Positions 14,890 through 27,502 of a stretch of DNA of 64,000 nucleotides are shown piece after piece. The notes beneath the pieces were generated by a model that ran no database searches, was not told the DNA's origin, and worked only from the letters and a program-made list of their open reading frames with translations. Every line of letters begins with the position of its first letter. Position 1 is the first letter of the stretch. Source of the DNA: Hydrolagus colliei (lineage: Eukaryota); contig CM068754.1 of assembly GCA_035084275.1 (NCBI GenBank), positions 13,764,001-13,828,000 of the forward strand, given 5' to 3'. A program made the translations under genes and the position numbers.

Positions 14890-15567
14890 TATTATCTTTG
14901 GTATTAAAGTGCCAGTGTCTTGTATGCAGTGTGACTCCCTCACACAGCCACCGATAGAAAATGCCTCCAGGGCATCTTTGCACCACCCAAACTAGCTATG
15001 TTGGCACTGCATCTGTTTTGGATCCAACAACTAAAAGAAGTTCATGATTTTAATTAACTTCAAGCAGAAGTGTAACTACGCTCACAATAGTGATAGATAT
15101 TGAGAAGGTTTGCAGTTATTTATTCACATTACCCATGTTGTGTCATCTTTTAACCCACAACAAATTGATTGTTCGTCACCTCACCTGCGGGTCCATAGAG
15201 TTGCTCAAGTTAGGAGAAGATCCACATTTTAATAAGGGCAGGGTTGGTCCTGTATGAGTCAGTGTATGATTTGAAATACAGGTATCCCTCCCCAACCGCG
15301 GGGGATGCGTTCTTGGAAACCTCCGCGGTTAGTAAAATCGCGGTTGGAAAATACAGAGCCCTATGGGAAACATGGGGTTAGGGGGAGTACATTCGCTTTT
15401 TGGCGGTTGGGAAATGCAGGGCCCTATGCCAAACATGGGGATAGGGGGAGTAAGTTCGCGTTTAGTAAAACTAAACACAAAAAAAACACATACAGTTATA
15501 ACATACATTGGGATAGGGGGAGTAAGTTTGGGTACATTGGCTGCCAGGATCTGCAACAATCCACGAG

Positions 15568-15990
15568 GCTGTCTGAGTGACTTACACAGAGAGAGACACG
15601 GAGGGTGTTGGGGGGGGGGGGGCGGGGGATTGACACGGAGGGCTGGGGGGGGCTGTCTGACTGATGTACACGGGGAGAGAGAGAGAAAGAGACATGAAGG
15701 TTGTTGGGGGGTGACACGGAGGGCTGGGGGTGGTGTCTGACTGATCTACAGAAAAAGAGAAAAATCAACGGAGAAGGTGTGGTGAGTGACACGAAGGGCT
15801 GGGTGGGGCTTTCTGACCGACTGATACATACAGACACAGAGAGAAAGGGGGAGGGGGGTTGGGGGGAAGAGACGGTGAAATAGAGACAAGGTAAGAGAGA
15901 AGGTGGGGTGGGGGAGGGTGGGTGGGGGGAAGAGAAGGTGAAATAGAGAAAAGGTGAGTCAGAGAGAGAGACACTTACAGAGAGAGATGA
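15568..15990. repeat. Degenerate G/GA-rich minisatellite (about 80-bp units)
   Basis: Recurrent units with gtctga(c/g)tga...gagagagaca...tgacacggagggctggggg, followed by ggtgaaatagag units. Many G-runs. Confidence 0.7.
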
Positions 15991-16134
15991 TGCAGATCCT
16001 GGCAGCCAATGCTCCCAAAACTTACTAGCTAGGCTGCGAAGAAGCAACAATAAATTCATTTTACAGGTATAGGGGGAGTAAATAGATCCACGAGTGCAGC
16101 TAGACACGTGGGGTAGTAAAGATGCTGATAGGTG

Positions 16135-16443
16135 GGAAACGCGGATGAATACTTCCTCCAATTGAACGTGAGCAAGACCGAGGCCCTCCTGATTGGCTCA
16201 AGCCAGCGCCTCCGCACATCGGGCGCTGCCAACCTCAACATCCAAGGCTGTACTCTCCACCTCACAAAGCCAGTCAGGAACCTCGGCATCATGTTCGACC
16301 ATAAACTCTCCTTCCTCCCCCACATCCGTGCCTTGACCGGCACCGCTTATTTCCACCTACGCAACATTGCCAGGCTCCACAACTATCTCAGGGACGTCCT
16401 CCCGACATGAAAGGCGCTTTATAAGTTTAAATTGTTGTTGTTG
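16135..16443 (+). mobile_element. L2 LINE ORF2 fragment fused directly to the L2 3' tail
   Basis: The peptide FLQLNVSKTEALLIG...VRNLGIMFDHKLSFLPHIRALTGTAYFHLRNIARL is typical of the L2 RT C-terminus. It is followed at 16391 by gggacgtcctcccgacatgaaaggcgct...(ttg)n. Confidence 0.85.
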
Positions 16444-18954
16444 AATACACACCAATACGCGGATAAATGCGGTCCCTTGTTTGGAAGAGTGGAACTTGAA
16501 AATTTAAACCCACGGATTTAAATCGCGGATGCGCAAAACGCATTGCCGCAAACCGTGGATGCATGAGTTGCATGGTTGACGAGGCCGCGGTTGGGGTGGG
16601 ATACGTTGGGGTACATTGTTCAGCTGCACCAGTTGTACCAAATAGCATCCAGGGAAGAACTTGGTGAAAGTTACTAAATCCTCAGTTTGGAAATCTGATA
16701 TTCCTCTTCCAGGATCGCGAACCCTGTCCATACAGTGTTGTTTTTCCCCCCCTGAATCATTCGCTTATCACATTTCTTTGTTTGCTGCTCGTTCTGTGTG
16801 AAAGCTGCGGCATTTTAAAACGTACGTTCACTTGTTCAATGAAAATTTGCATAGAATTAGTGTTGTTTACTATCATGTAATTGTTCTGTGTGTCCTGGAT
16901 TACTTGAATTTGGGGCGATTTACTTTGTTAATCTTGTGAGGTTAAGCTTTACTGTCCCAGTTTTTTTTCACAAATCAAAATAAAAGTGCACGCATAGTGG
17001 ATTTTAATACCTTTCTTGATGTCTACATTATTAAGCAAAAGACTTTGGTGAATACGTTATTTTTCATCAAATAGAGGGTTGATTCCATTAGCGAAACCTC
17101 TTTGCGTTCAAATGCTTTCATCAAGTGAGAGGTTTGCATTGTGCCTCTTGTCACTTGAAACCAGCAAGTGCTACTTTCGTTTAACTTAGATGTTGAGGTA
17201 TAATTGTCAAGAGCTGGAATAGCATGTCAACCTATTTATGGATTTTATTTTCTCTCCCTGAAATAAACAAGCCTCTGGAATTTTCAATTCCTGTGTTGAC
17301 CTGAAGAATTCCCCTGTTCTCTCTCCTCCCCACTTCCTCCACATCCACACACACCCACACATCCACACACTACACAGAGATTCCTTGGGGAAACAGTAAA
17401 TGAGCAGAACCTGAAGTCAGGACATAATATGATCATGTCCTCTTTGGTACCAGATGTTGGCCCATGTTGCAACTTCTCTCAGGTGCATTTATATTCTTTA
17501 CACTGTAATGTGACAGACTATCTTATACCGTATGTAGAAACGTTCTAAGTGTCTGTCTGTGCTGATGGAATGGGGGCGGGAGGAAGTGGAAGACTGACGC
17601 TGCTTCTATAATCACAGTTTAGAATGCCTGGATGGATAATCAAGATAATGTAGATGACTGGAAACAAAGACGTTTTGATTTCCATAGCTAATGGGTTACA
17701 TGGCTCAGAACAGGAAGAAACAAAGATATTAATGAGGAGGAATGTAGACTGAGTGACTAAGCCAAAACAGGGTTATCACATATAAGTGTGAGGGCCGTGT
17801 GTTTGAACAGATGCTTCTCAGTGTGTACCACTAGACACGTCGCCAACTTAATATTGTCACAAAATCATGTTATAAGATACCAGACAACTTTGATGGAAAA
17901 GGCCTGCAAACCAGTCCCATTTAGAACCTTTGAATAACTGGAGATGAGTCTAAAATAACTTGGCTTGAAGATATAGTTACAGAGTGCTGACACTTGTATC
18001 TTGTTTGTTACTTTGATTGTGGCATAAAGCAATAAATTTTGATAAGATTCACCTTCCATCAGCGGAGGATGTGAAGCCTAGACGGTAAAGAGAATCGTAG
18101 CTGGAGTAACTTCCACGGTTAATTGAGGTGGAGAGCTTAACGTTTTGTTGGATTTGCTAGCACAGGACAAATGCTTGGATGATACAATAGCATTGTCTCA
18201 AACTAGGGCAAAAGGTTAGGCAGGGCATCTGTATTTAGCATGAGCAGAAGGGCTGTATAATGCTACGTTTGTTTTCTTTATCATTGACTGAAAACCTGGA
18301 AGTAAAAGCTTATGATTGATTTGAATTTTGTTTAAAAGCAAAATCCTACCAGTGAATGTGGATAGAATGAAGGAGTAGATTAATATGCTGTCCTTTCATG
18401 TCTGGCAGCTGGGTTCCAATCCAGGCCATGTTGATGGGGTTAGAAATCTTTCTCTGCTGTCGGTAAGCTTCCTCGAGAGGTTATTCTGCTCCGCGCAGCA
18501 CAGATTTGTTGATGTGAATTAAGCGGTTATCTCCTTCGATGACAAACTTTTGCCAATTTGTCCCTGTGGGCTTACATATAGCTCAAAATGTAATTTTGAA
18601 CGTAATTTAAGTTTCCATCTTTAATGTCCAGTTATTTGCACTTAACAATTACATGTATGTACAAGTGGAGTGGGACCAATTTACAAAATAAAACAACCTT
18701 ATGAATAGAAAAGAATAATCTTTAGCCCCAAATATGCTGTAACATAAGCCAACTGCCAACACAAAATTGTTCAATTTTTTTTCCCCTTCAGTCTTTTTGC
18801 CTCCGAACATAAAGGGGGCTATGTCAAACACAAGGATCATGAAGTGCACTTTCTAGGACAAGTTACTGTCTAATGATCGGGAACTAGGAATGGTTGATTT
18901 TTTTTTGTCCACTCTTCTTACTAGCCCTTTACCCAAAATCAGCATCTGATTTAC

Positions 18955-19055
18955 TGCCCTGGATTAACTCACACAGCACAGCCTGGGAATTGAACTCACA
19001 ACCTTCTTGTCTGTTTTGGTTTACCAACTCATCAACCAGTGCCTTTACTCATTGA
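18955..19055 (-). mobile_element. Old tRNA-derived SINE head fragment (possibly AmnSINE2-like)
   Basis: Reverse complement contains acagacaagaaggttgtgagttcaattcccaggctgtgctg, with a B-box-like GTTCAATTC. Family assignment is from memory only. Confidence 0.35.
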
Positions 19056-19584
19056 TAGAACCAAATACATATGCGTGCTTAGCAATTCACTCAACATCCT
19101 TAGCTAAATTTGAATCCTGCTGAAGTTTTGCTGCCCAATGAAGAATTTTGATATTAATATCATATGATTTGTGAGTCAAACAGGTCGTTGTATTATTTTC
19201 TTTGAAAATGTAATCCGTGGATGAACAAGCAAGAAATGGAATATTCGCTTCAGTTGTTTCATTTTCTGAGGGGTGAACTTTGGACACTTCTTTGTGTTTA
19301 CATGGTGGAAACAATTCAGATTTGATCCACTCATTAGTATTTTCCATCACTGTGATGTCGGTATCCTCCTGAAGTCACTGTACATCCTAATCACATGATG
19401 TGATCTTCCTCGTTGGGTCCTGCAAATCTTTCCTCAAGATCGTCTCCTGGGAGGCACTTCCAAAACAATCTCACTTCATTAGAATTGCAAATTTGATTAA
19501 ATGTCAGTCCGTTTTTTAATCTGTGAATTTCCCGAGTTTTCAGGGAATAAGCTGTTTGTGGGATTATTGCTTTGCCCAAGCAGG

Positions 19585-19687
19585 CAGCCTTGTTTGGCTA
19601 CAAATTCCCAGTCACTCCATTTCACAGTAAATCCCCTGAAGAGCTTTGAGATGCGATAACGCGTTATATCAAATGCAAGGATTATTT
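19585..19687 (+). mobile_element. SINE 3' fragment
   Basis: cagtcactccatttcacagtaaatcccctgaagagctttgagatg...atatcaaatgcaaggattatt matches the tail of the dominant SINE family in this window. Confidence 0.65.
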
Positions 19688-22600
19688 TTTTATATGATAA
19701 AAAGGCTTAATGATCAATGTCAGCGTTATACATTTCCCTGGTTGATTTCAACTGTCAGATGGAGAATTGAGGGGCTTTTTTTGCTTCAAAGTGTCATTCG
19801 CAGGCGGTAATTTCTGGTGGAGAACTGCTTGCTCTTTGAATGCCTGCCCAGCTCTTGGTACATCTTTCAGTGTTCGTGCATGAACCACAAGAGTTGGGCC
19901 TTGTAATGAGCCTGATCTTTGCCCGATTGTATTGTCTCTTCACTTTCTCGATCCCATGGCTGGTTTCCACTGCTCTGCGCGACGATCTCGCCCCCTTTCA
20001 AAGTGCCTTCCTGGAAACTGGTGTGAGTGGAGTTTCTGAATTCACTGATTGTCTGCCACATTCTTTCCTTTTTTTTCAGCACGGCCAGTAACACAGATTT
20101 GATCTGTCAGCGCAGCACTTTTCACTCTCTGAGCATGACCGAGTCCATGCATGCAAGCAAAACATTTCAAACTGACAGACTGACGAACAACGCCCTCCCT
20201 CACATTTACACATTCGCCGCAGGAATTGGAGAGAGACAAAAAATGATAGGGATGAGACTTGAACCGGTTTACAGATAGATAATCGGGTTCAGTTGACTGT
20301 TTTGATACTAATCTTTTGATTAACTGCCACTGTCGAGCTCATCGTTGAAGTCTTAATAACAGCCGTCAAGCAGTTGAATAATAAACTGAGATTTTGTCCT
20401 GGCACACTTTGCAGCTTGATTGAGGCACACTGTGTCAATAGCACTTCCTATCAATATGGTCCAGTTTGATTTCCTGTTGCACTCGGTACCCGCATTACTT
20501 TCCAGTCAGTGTTCTTTTGGGAAAAAAAATGTGATTGCAAATAGCAGTGTTCTAAAAATCCAGGAGATGGTTTGAAGCTTATTCCGCGATGTTCTCACTT
20601 TATTCTAAATTTGTGTTTGTAACTTGTAATTAACTTGTCGCAATGGTCACAATTTTGGATTACAAAACCATGCAATTATATTTGCTTTATGTTGTACATA
20701 AATTGAATCAATCCACCGTAAGTAGGGATATTCAGATGATGTTATTACATTTTATTCTAAAACCCTGCACATAGCAAATTATTGATCATACAATAATATA
20801 GTTATGCAAATTTTCTTGGAATTCAGTATCTTCGTGAGATGCACTATAGTTTCTGTCTGTTTTTTAGGGGTGGCGGAGAAAAGGATTTAGCTGGTTGGTT
20901 TGCCTGCTTTGTATTTAAAAATACATTGATTACCACAGAAAAGCGCTACCAAGCTGAGACTCAATCAAAGACCGAAATGTTTGCGTGATTTAAAATTTTA
21001 GGACAAACTGGTTTTCCCATTGGAATTTGAGGCCTAGTGCTTTTGTAAATGAACCAGGGAGATCAATGTTTGGCTGGTCGAGTGGGTGAGCTTTACTAAC
21101 ATAGAGCTTTCGTCTCTTGAATAGTGTTATAGTCAGGATAAAACCCATGTGGGTGGAAGATCTCAGGGCAGCTTTCAATCTATCTCTTCATTTATGGGGA
21201 GATATCCATTTGGATAGTGTTTGCACATAGAAATAATTGGTGGTGGTTTGCTGATTAGCCCATTATTGTGACATTTTACTCCCATTATAACAATTAAGAA
21301 TGTTAAACAATAATAATAATCCTCGGATTTGAGACAAAGCCTGGAAAGTCAGGAGGATGTCTCAAAGAGCCTCACGGGATTTACTGTGAAGTGTAGTGAC
21401 TGTGTATTTTGTTGGCAAATTAAAACAAGGGGTGAAATAGCGAAACTGAAGCCGTCAGAATAAATACATCAGATCAGGCCTCAAGCTTATGCTATTCAGG
21501 TAAGTAGCAAAGGCAAGCTCACTAAAGGTTGGCCTGTTATAGAATTGGTTCAGCAACAGATAAATACCTCAATCCACTGTCTGAGGATTGAGATCAGACA
21601 AACTCGACTGTTGTGTGTGTGAGTTCAACAAGTTTATGCAGCGACAGCTTTTAAACACCCTGCTGAGCTGCAATCATTTTGTCACAAAATGGTGCTTGTC
21701 AAATTATTTAAGATAACGGAGCTCACGAAAGTCATGACATGATGCAGTGTATATTGCGTTAGCCAGCCCGGACAGGCTGTGGAAAAAGAGCATCAACTTG
21801 GAACCACATTCTGTTTATTCAACTGTTAATAATAAATAAATGACACAAATCAAACAAAATCATGTTAATGACTGCAGTCAGGATACCCACCAGCTATTGT
21901 CTCTTCATTTCACCCCCCACCCCCCCACCTCCTGTTGCCTCATACTACTATCCTGCCTCCTCTTTGATTACTCAGACAGAGCTTGAACTGAGATCTCCCA
22001 TTGCTCAATATCAATAGTACTCCATGAGCAGCCCGCAAGATTTGTTTGCAGATCCTATGGCCTGAGCAACCGGCACGATTAAATTCCCGTTTTCTCTCCT
22101 CGTACGTGTTTTCTACCTCTTTTGTGGCTCTCGAAATGGATCCAGTTTTCAATCCGAAACTCACTCGCCCTCTACGCCGGTCCCTATCTTCATTTCCACT
22201 CGCTTCTCTGTTCGATTGTGAGTTTCCAAATGCCTCCAGGGGTCATCCCTTCTGGCGCTAACTGTTCCCACTCCCATAGGATGCAGCACTTCATTATCGC
22301 GCAACGTTCCATGTAGCAGCGTGACTGAAGAACTGGCCAAACTCGCCCACAGAGAGGCTTGAACCCATGACCCTCTCGCTGAGTATAAGCAGAAACTCTC
22401 CCCCACTAGAGATAAGTGTTTGTTTCTAACACCATTATTTCATACAAAACAACGAGACTATTTTTACAGCGAATGGGCAATTAACTGTGCTGGAATCTTT
22501 TCCCCTCCGCCTCTCACCCTCCCCCCCCCCACCACCCCCAATTAATGTTTTTTTGTTTTGATTCACAGGTTACACAGTGCAGCCTATTTAAAATGTAGTA

Positions 22601-25221
22601 CATCAACAAATTGTAAAAATAGATTATTAATGTTAGAGTAAATATAAATGTGGCAGCCGAGACTTGATTTATTCAGCAATTTTGGCATTGGTGCATTGAC
22701 AATCGTCAAATATCTTTGTTAGCACAATGATGAACACTAATGGACGACAGATAATTTAGGAATCCAACAGCGAGAAGTTTCACTCTTCGGAGTGGCAATA
22801 AATCGTTTACAATTCAAGTGACAACTGAGAGCAATACATCTCGCACTGGAATGCATAAAGCAATTATTTTTCAAAGGTTATGCAGCCCCGAAGAGTGAAA
22901 TGCAAAAAGCGCATTCTTTTCCACATTGTCTTTGGAGCCACCAGGAAGCCCAACAAAATCTTTATGAAAAGGGACTTAAGGAGTGTGGCATTTGAAAGAT
23001 GTTTATGAAAAGTAATGCACAAAATGATGATTTAGTGTATTGGTATTGCAATGATTATTATTTTATCTAATGGTACACAGACAGACTGTATGCAGTTAGG
23101 TTCTCTTTAACCAATTTTCATTCTGATGTGACAAAGACGAATAGGTCGTTGTCCTCTATTACACACTAGAGAGTGAAAACATTAATGAAGCCATTACCTC
23201 AGCCCAGGCAAGTGGAGAGAATCGTGAAATTACCATTATTCTGAAGCCATTTAGTCATATTCAAGCACTTTTCCTGCCTTTAGTGAGCCAATCAGGTTAT
23301 TATGGCTTCCCATCTCCTTCACAGCTTCATTTGCTTTATTGTCTATCAATTGCATATTTGTTGAGCAGAATTATTATTATGACTTTCTTACCTGCGTGCC
23401 ACATATAATTAATATCACTTCCCTGTTTCTCATGTCCCCGGTCCTCTATAAATCATGCAGCATTCTGCCCTTTACTTAGATATCAGCTTGCATTTGAAGT
23501 GGTGTGGGATTAATTGGTGAGTTAGACCAGGCGGGTAAAGTTGAGGTGGCAATTTCATCTGTGTCCCTGGATATGAAAGCGAGGTGTCATATGTACATTA
23601 GCATCCAGTAATTTGACATTCTGTCTGAGATCATTGCTTGTTTAAGTGGGACACGCTAACTAACGCTGTTCTCTAGATAATTTATCCTTGAATCAAGGAA
23701 ACAAGAAATAAAATCAAGCAAATAAAAATCCACACATTGATGACCTTCTCTCTTGCCAAAAATTGCGTAATCACTCTATTGCTATCATCACATTCCCTTG
23801 AAGCATTAATAAATGTTTATGTTTTCAGCCACACAGTCTTTGTTAGAAATGTATGGGGTAATTTATAGCCTGGATGGTGCTAAAACCAGAATACATTTGA
23901 GAGTATCAAGTGATTTGGTATAACAAAAGATTAAACGTCGAAATATGTGATCCTGCATTGCAACACGTTAAGGCCTGTTTACTTTGTATTCTGTCCGTTG
24001 CAGTTCCTGAGGCTGCTGTTAGTTTGCATTCACCCTGATGTATTTTGCCAAGATCAGGTTTTGTGTGGGACATCAACATCAAACAGGCTTAGCAATCAAA
24101 TCGGTGAGCTGTACTGTTCTGATGAACAGTTTGCAGTTTGTTGTTCGTGGGCAATATTCAAACGAGTGCCACAAGGTAACATAATGTAGCCTTGTGCATT
24201 TTTTTAAATCCAGTAAATTGGAGCTTTTGTGAAGGTTGAACGTGGCCTTGGCCTGAAAGTTCAAATCCACGCACCCCCACAAAGATTCTTACGATTTGAT
24301 CAACGTCAGTCTTTAATTTGGCTGAGTTAAAGCCAAGTTAACTCAGCCAAGAGCTCGTTTCCCAAGACATGACATTGTGCGTTTCCCTTCAGTAAATGAA
24401 CTTTTCCCATTGAGAAAGTGAGTCATTTTGTATTAGCATGAGCAATTGCATGGTGATCTTAGTGCAAATCACTTGGAGTCAGGACGTAACTCCTCAAGTC
24501 CCATGTCATCTCTATTTAGTCATTTAGAAATACATTTGTTAGGGGGCGTGGGAGGTGAGGGTGGTGGGCGCTCGAGTTTGGAAATCAAAACCACAGACAG
24601 CTCTGAAAATAGAAATAGCTATGCATCATTCGAACAACATTCAAATGAGATTGTTGTTTGACACACTTTTTTTTCCTGCTGCTGACAGTGTGTGAGTCAG
24701 TGAGCATTGATAGAAGTGATTAATTAATCCGACTGATTGACTATGGGATGTAACAGGGCATTGAGGCCAGACAGGCTGACAATCCTCGCTTTAGAGAGAC
24801 TATCATTACTGATGCACAACCTGAAGCGATCAGAGCCATGACAAAGGGAGACAGAATTTTAATCTGTTGTACTCCTTCAGAGTCAGTTAGAAGCCTGTCT
24901 GTGAATGAAGCACTGTTTAGTTTATGCTCTATAATTCACAGCTAAACTTCTGAGAACACAAATTGCCTTACAAAACATGTCCTATGCACATAATAATACT
25001 AATAATAATAATCCTCACATAACATATGATAACCTATCATGTAGTTAACATGTCTCAAAGCACTGCACACAATTTTACTTCACAGTATAGTGACTGTGTA
25101 TTTGTAGACTAACATTGCACATTTCTAACCTAGTTGGACACATTTTAATTGAATACAGTATATTCCTACTCTTACAGTAAATGAAAATAGTTTTTTTGTT
25201 GTATTTGACAAGCATCTTAAG

Positions 25222-25406
25222 AAAATTAGTCATTTCAATCCACGACTGTTTGTGGGACACTGCTGTGCAGAATTGGCTGCCGCATTTCACCCACAAATAT
25301 ACAGTCAATTCACTTTACAGTATATTCCGTGAAGCCCCTTGAGATGTCTAGAAGACGTGAAAAACGCTACATCGAAATGTGGGGATTATTATTATTATTA
25401 TTATTA
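25222..25406 (+). mobile_element. 5'-truncated tRNA/Deu SINE
   Basis: tttcaatccacgactgtttgtgggacactgctgtgc...cacaaatatacagtcaattcactttacagtatatt...(att)n. Near-identical to the 3' halves of the full copies. Confidence 0.85.
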
Positions 25407-27133
25407 AGATAGTGCTACGTGTTTGGAACTTGGAAGTTCTGCTCTCGTCTGGTCCTGCACTCCTGGTCTCCCCTGCAGAAACTTTGGTTTAAATGCTGCT
25501 TCAGATAATGGATGCCGCACACAGCTACTGAGTTCAAACACCCAGTGGAAAGAATCTGTGATTGGATGGGTTTCGCATTGTCTGTGGAAGGAGCGAGCTT
25601 GATGAGCCAAATGGCTTCTTTACTTTGTAGCCATAAAGCAACCACGTTAAGCCAGGGTAAACAAACAAACAATTGTTCTAGATTGGAATCATTTTATTGT
25701 AGCTCCCTATGATGATATCAGGCAAGCCTGTTTAACACTGCAGGAGAATGATTAGCAGAGGCAGACAGAGAGAAAGAAAACCCAACTGGGAAATAGTGCA
25801 TTAATGAGACACCTGCAGCAGCCTTGTCCTGTCTTGTGTATCAATGCTGGGGGGGAAAGTACACCCAGTGAGTCCTCAGTTATATAACATTGTAATGGAA
25901 GTGGCAGCAATGGCACAAGTGGGGCTGGCATCCGTGAACCTTGTGATTGATCAGGCAGGGGCGGGTTTTTGTCTGCCAAATATTGGCAGAGGAAGTAAAG
26001 TCATTTCCTCTGAACCACAGTTGCTTTCATCAGGAACTCAACTTTTACCGCTACCGAATGATGTACAGCTTGGTACGTAATAAATTCTCTCTTAATTCGT
26101 CTGCTTTTAGGTAGATTAACTCGTAAAACAAGGTGTGTTAATTGAAAACGTCTCCTTCCGCACCCTTTCCCCCCCACCCCACCCCCACCCCCTTCCCCAA
26201 CTATCCCTTTAAATATACAAAGTAGCCGACAGATAACTCATTGGGGGGAAAATACAAGAACAAAGCGCTCCGCTGTTGCTGATGTAAAACAACACATCGT
26301 CTTATTCATTCTGTTTTTTTCAATCGAGCATGAATAAATTCAGAGGCTTTTGTTGTGAGGAGAAGGGCGTGGGTGAGTTGCAGCAGGCAACATTTCTTGC
26401 AGGATCACTTGGATACACTGCAGCTGCGAAGTGTTTTTAACTAGTGAAACTGCCTTATCTGAACAGTCACTTCGAGACAAAATGCACGTAAAACATACCC
26501 GCCCCTCTCCACTCATCCCCTATCGAGCTGCTTTGCGTTGTTTAGAATATAGGAGCCTTAAAATGGAACTTGTTTGTAGAAGATTTGTGCTGAAGTTGAG
26601 TGGTCTGGAGAGAGAAAGGAAGAAAGAAAGAGAGAGCAGTAATTCGGCTGCATTTTTCATTGCCTTTCTTTGTCCTTTTGTACATTGTCTGGTCTCAGTG
26701 GGTTCTTTAAAGAGAAAGGCTTCCCAAGCAAATTCATTTGAGCAGCCGAAAGAGTTCAAGAGCGGATTCTCTCTTGTGTTTAATTATTACCTCTTGATGA
26801 CCGCAAGATTCGAGAGGAGATTCCCAAGCCCACTTTTCATAGCTGGGCAGACACTTTCCAAAGGCTGCCTTACCGTTAAAAGCCTTATATTTTCCTAACA
26901 ACGCAGCATCCCCTGCCTTAAGAGTTCCATTGTAATAAGCACCTATTTTAGCCTCTGTGCCAATTCTGTAAACCCCACATTATAACAAAAACGGTAGAAT
27001 CTATATCCAAATAATGGTCAATGAAGGACTTCCTGTATCTCCCCCCCCACTCCCCCATCTCCACCGGCAGCATTTTCAGTGCTAGTATAATGATGAGCAT
27101 TAGACAAGTCGACAGCAACAATATAGACCTCAG

Positions 27134-27502
27134 TTGCTTGTGTTGATCACATTTAAAGCCGTCCACAGCGTCGCCTCATCCTATATCCGTGACCTTCTAA
27201 CCCCCTACCATCCGGCCTGCCCCTCCGCTCAGCAGGTGTCCCCCGACCCACGCACTCCAACATTGGCGGGCGAGCCTTTAGCCACTCTGCCCCCAACCCC
27301 TGGAACTCCATCCCACAGTCCCTCCGCCCTGCCCCTCCCTGGCCTCCTTCAAGTCCCACCTCAAGACCCTCCTCTTTGATGGTCCCATCAGCAACTCCTA
27401 ATTCCCCCCCAGCTCAGGTCTGAAACAATGACTGTCCTGAGCCTTGGGACGTCCTCCTGATGTGAACGGCGTTATACAAGTGTAATTTTGTTGTTGTTGT
27501 TG
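27134..27502 (+). mobile_element. L2 LINE 3' remnant (end of ORF2 plus tail)
   Basis: Frameshifted peptides ITFKAVHSVASSYIRDLLTPY, GGRAFSHSAPNPWNSIP and FKSHLKTLLF, then ccttgggacgtcctcctgatgtgaacggcg...(ttg)n. Confidence 0.85.

Larger units (their letters stand above)
15279..16604. mobile_element. Composite Tigger-like MITE carrying an L2 fragment and a G-rich minisatellite
   Basis: Left end TA|CAGGTATCCCTCCCCAACCGCGG. Right end CCGCGGTTGGGGTGGGATAC (16585-16604) gives a 19/20 inverted match. The terminal CTG|TA on the right is degraded. Confidence 0.75.

Noticed and set aside
15496-16161. 221-aa minus-strand ORF and overlapping ORFs
   Set aside because: Low-complexity Ser/Pro/Leu translation of the G-rich minisatellite inside a MITE.
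21940-22164. Minus-strand peptide RATKEVENTYEERKREF resembling CR1 ORF2 (RATK...YEERLREL)
   Set aside because: The similarity is too short and flanking CR1 motifs are not recognisable. It may be an old remnant but is not supportable.
26431-26898. 155-aa ORF and the other 60-140 aa ORFs in the track
   Set aside because: No recognisable domain, atypical composition and no supporting splice structure. Expected by chance in 64 kb.
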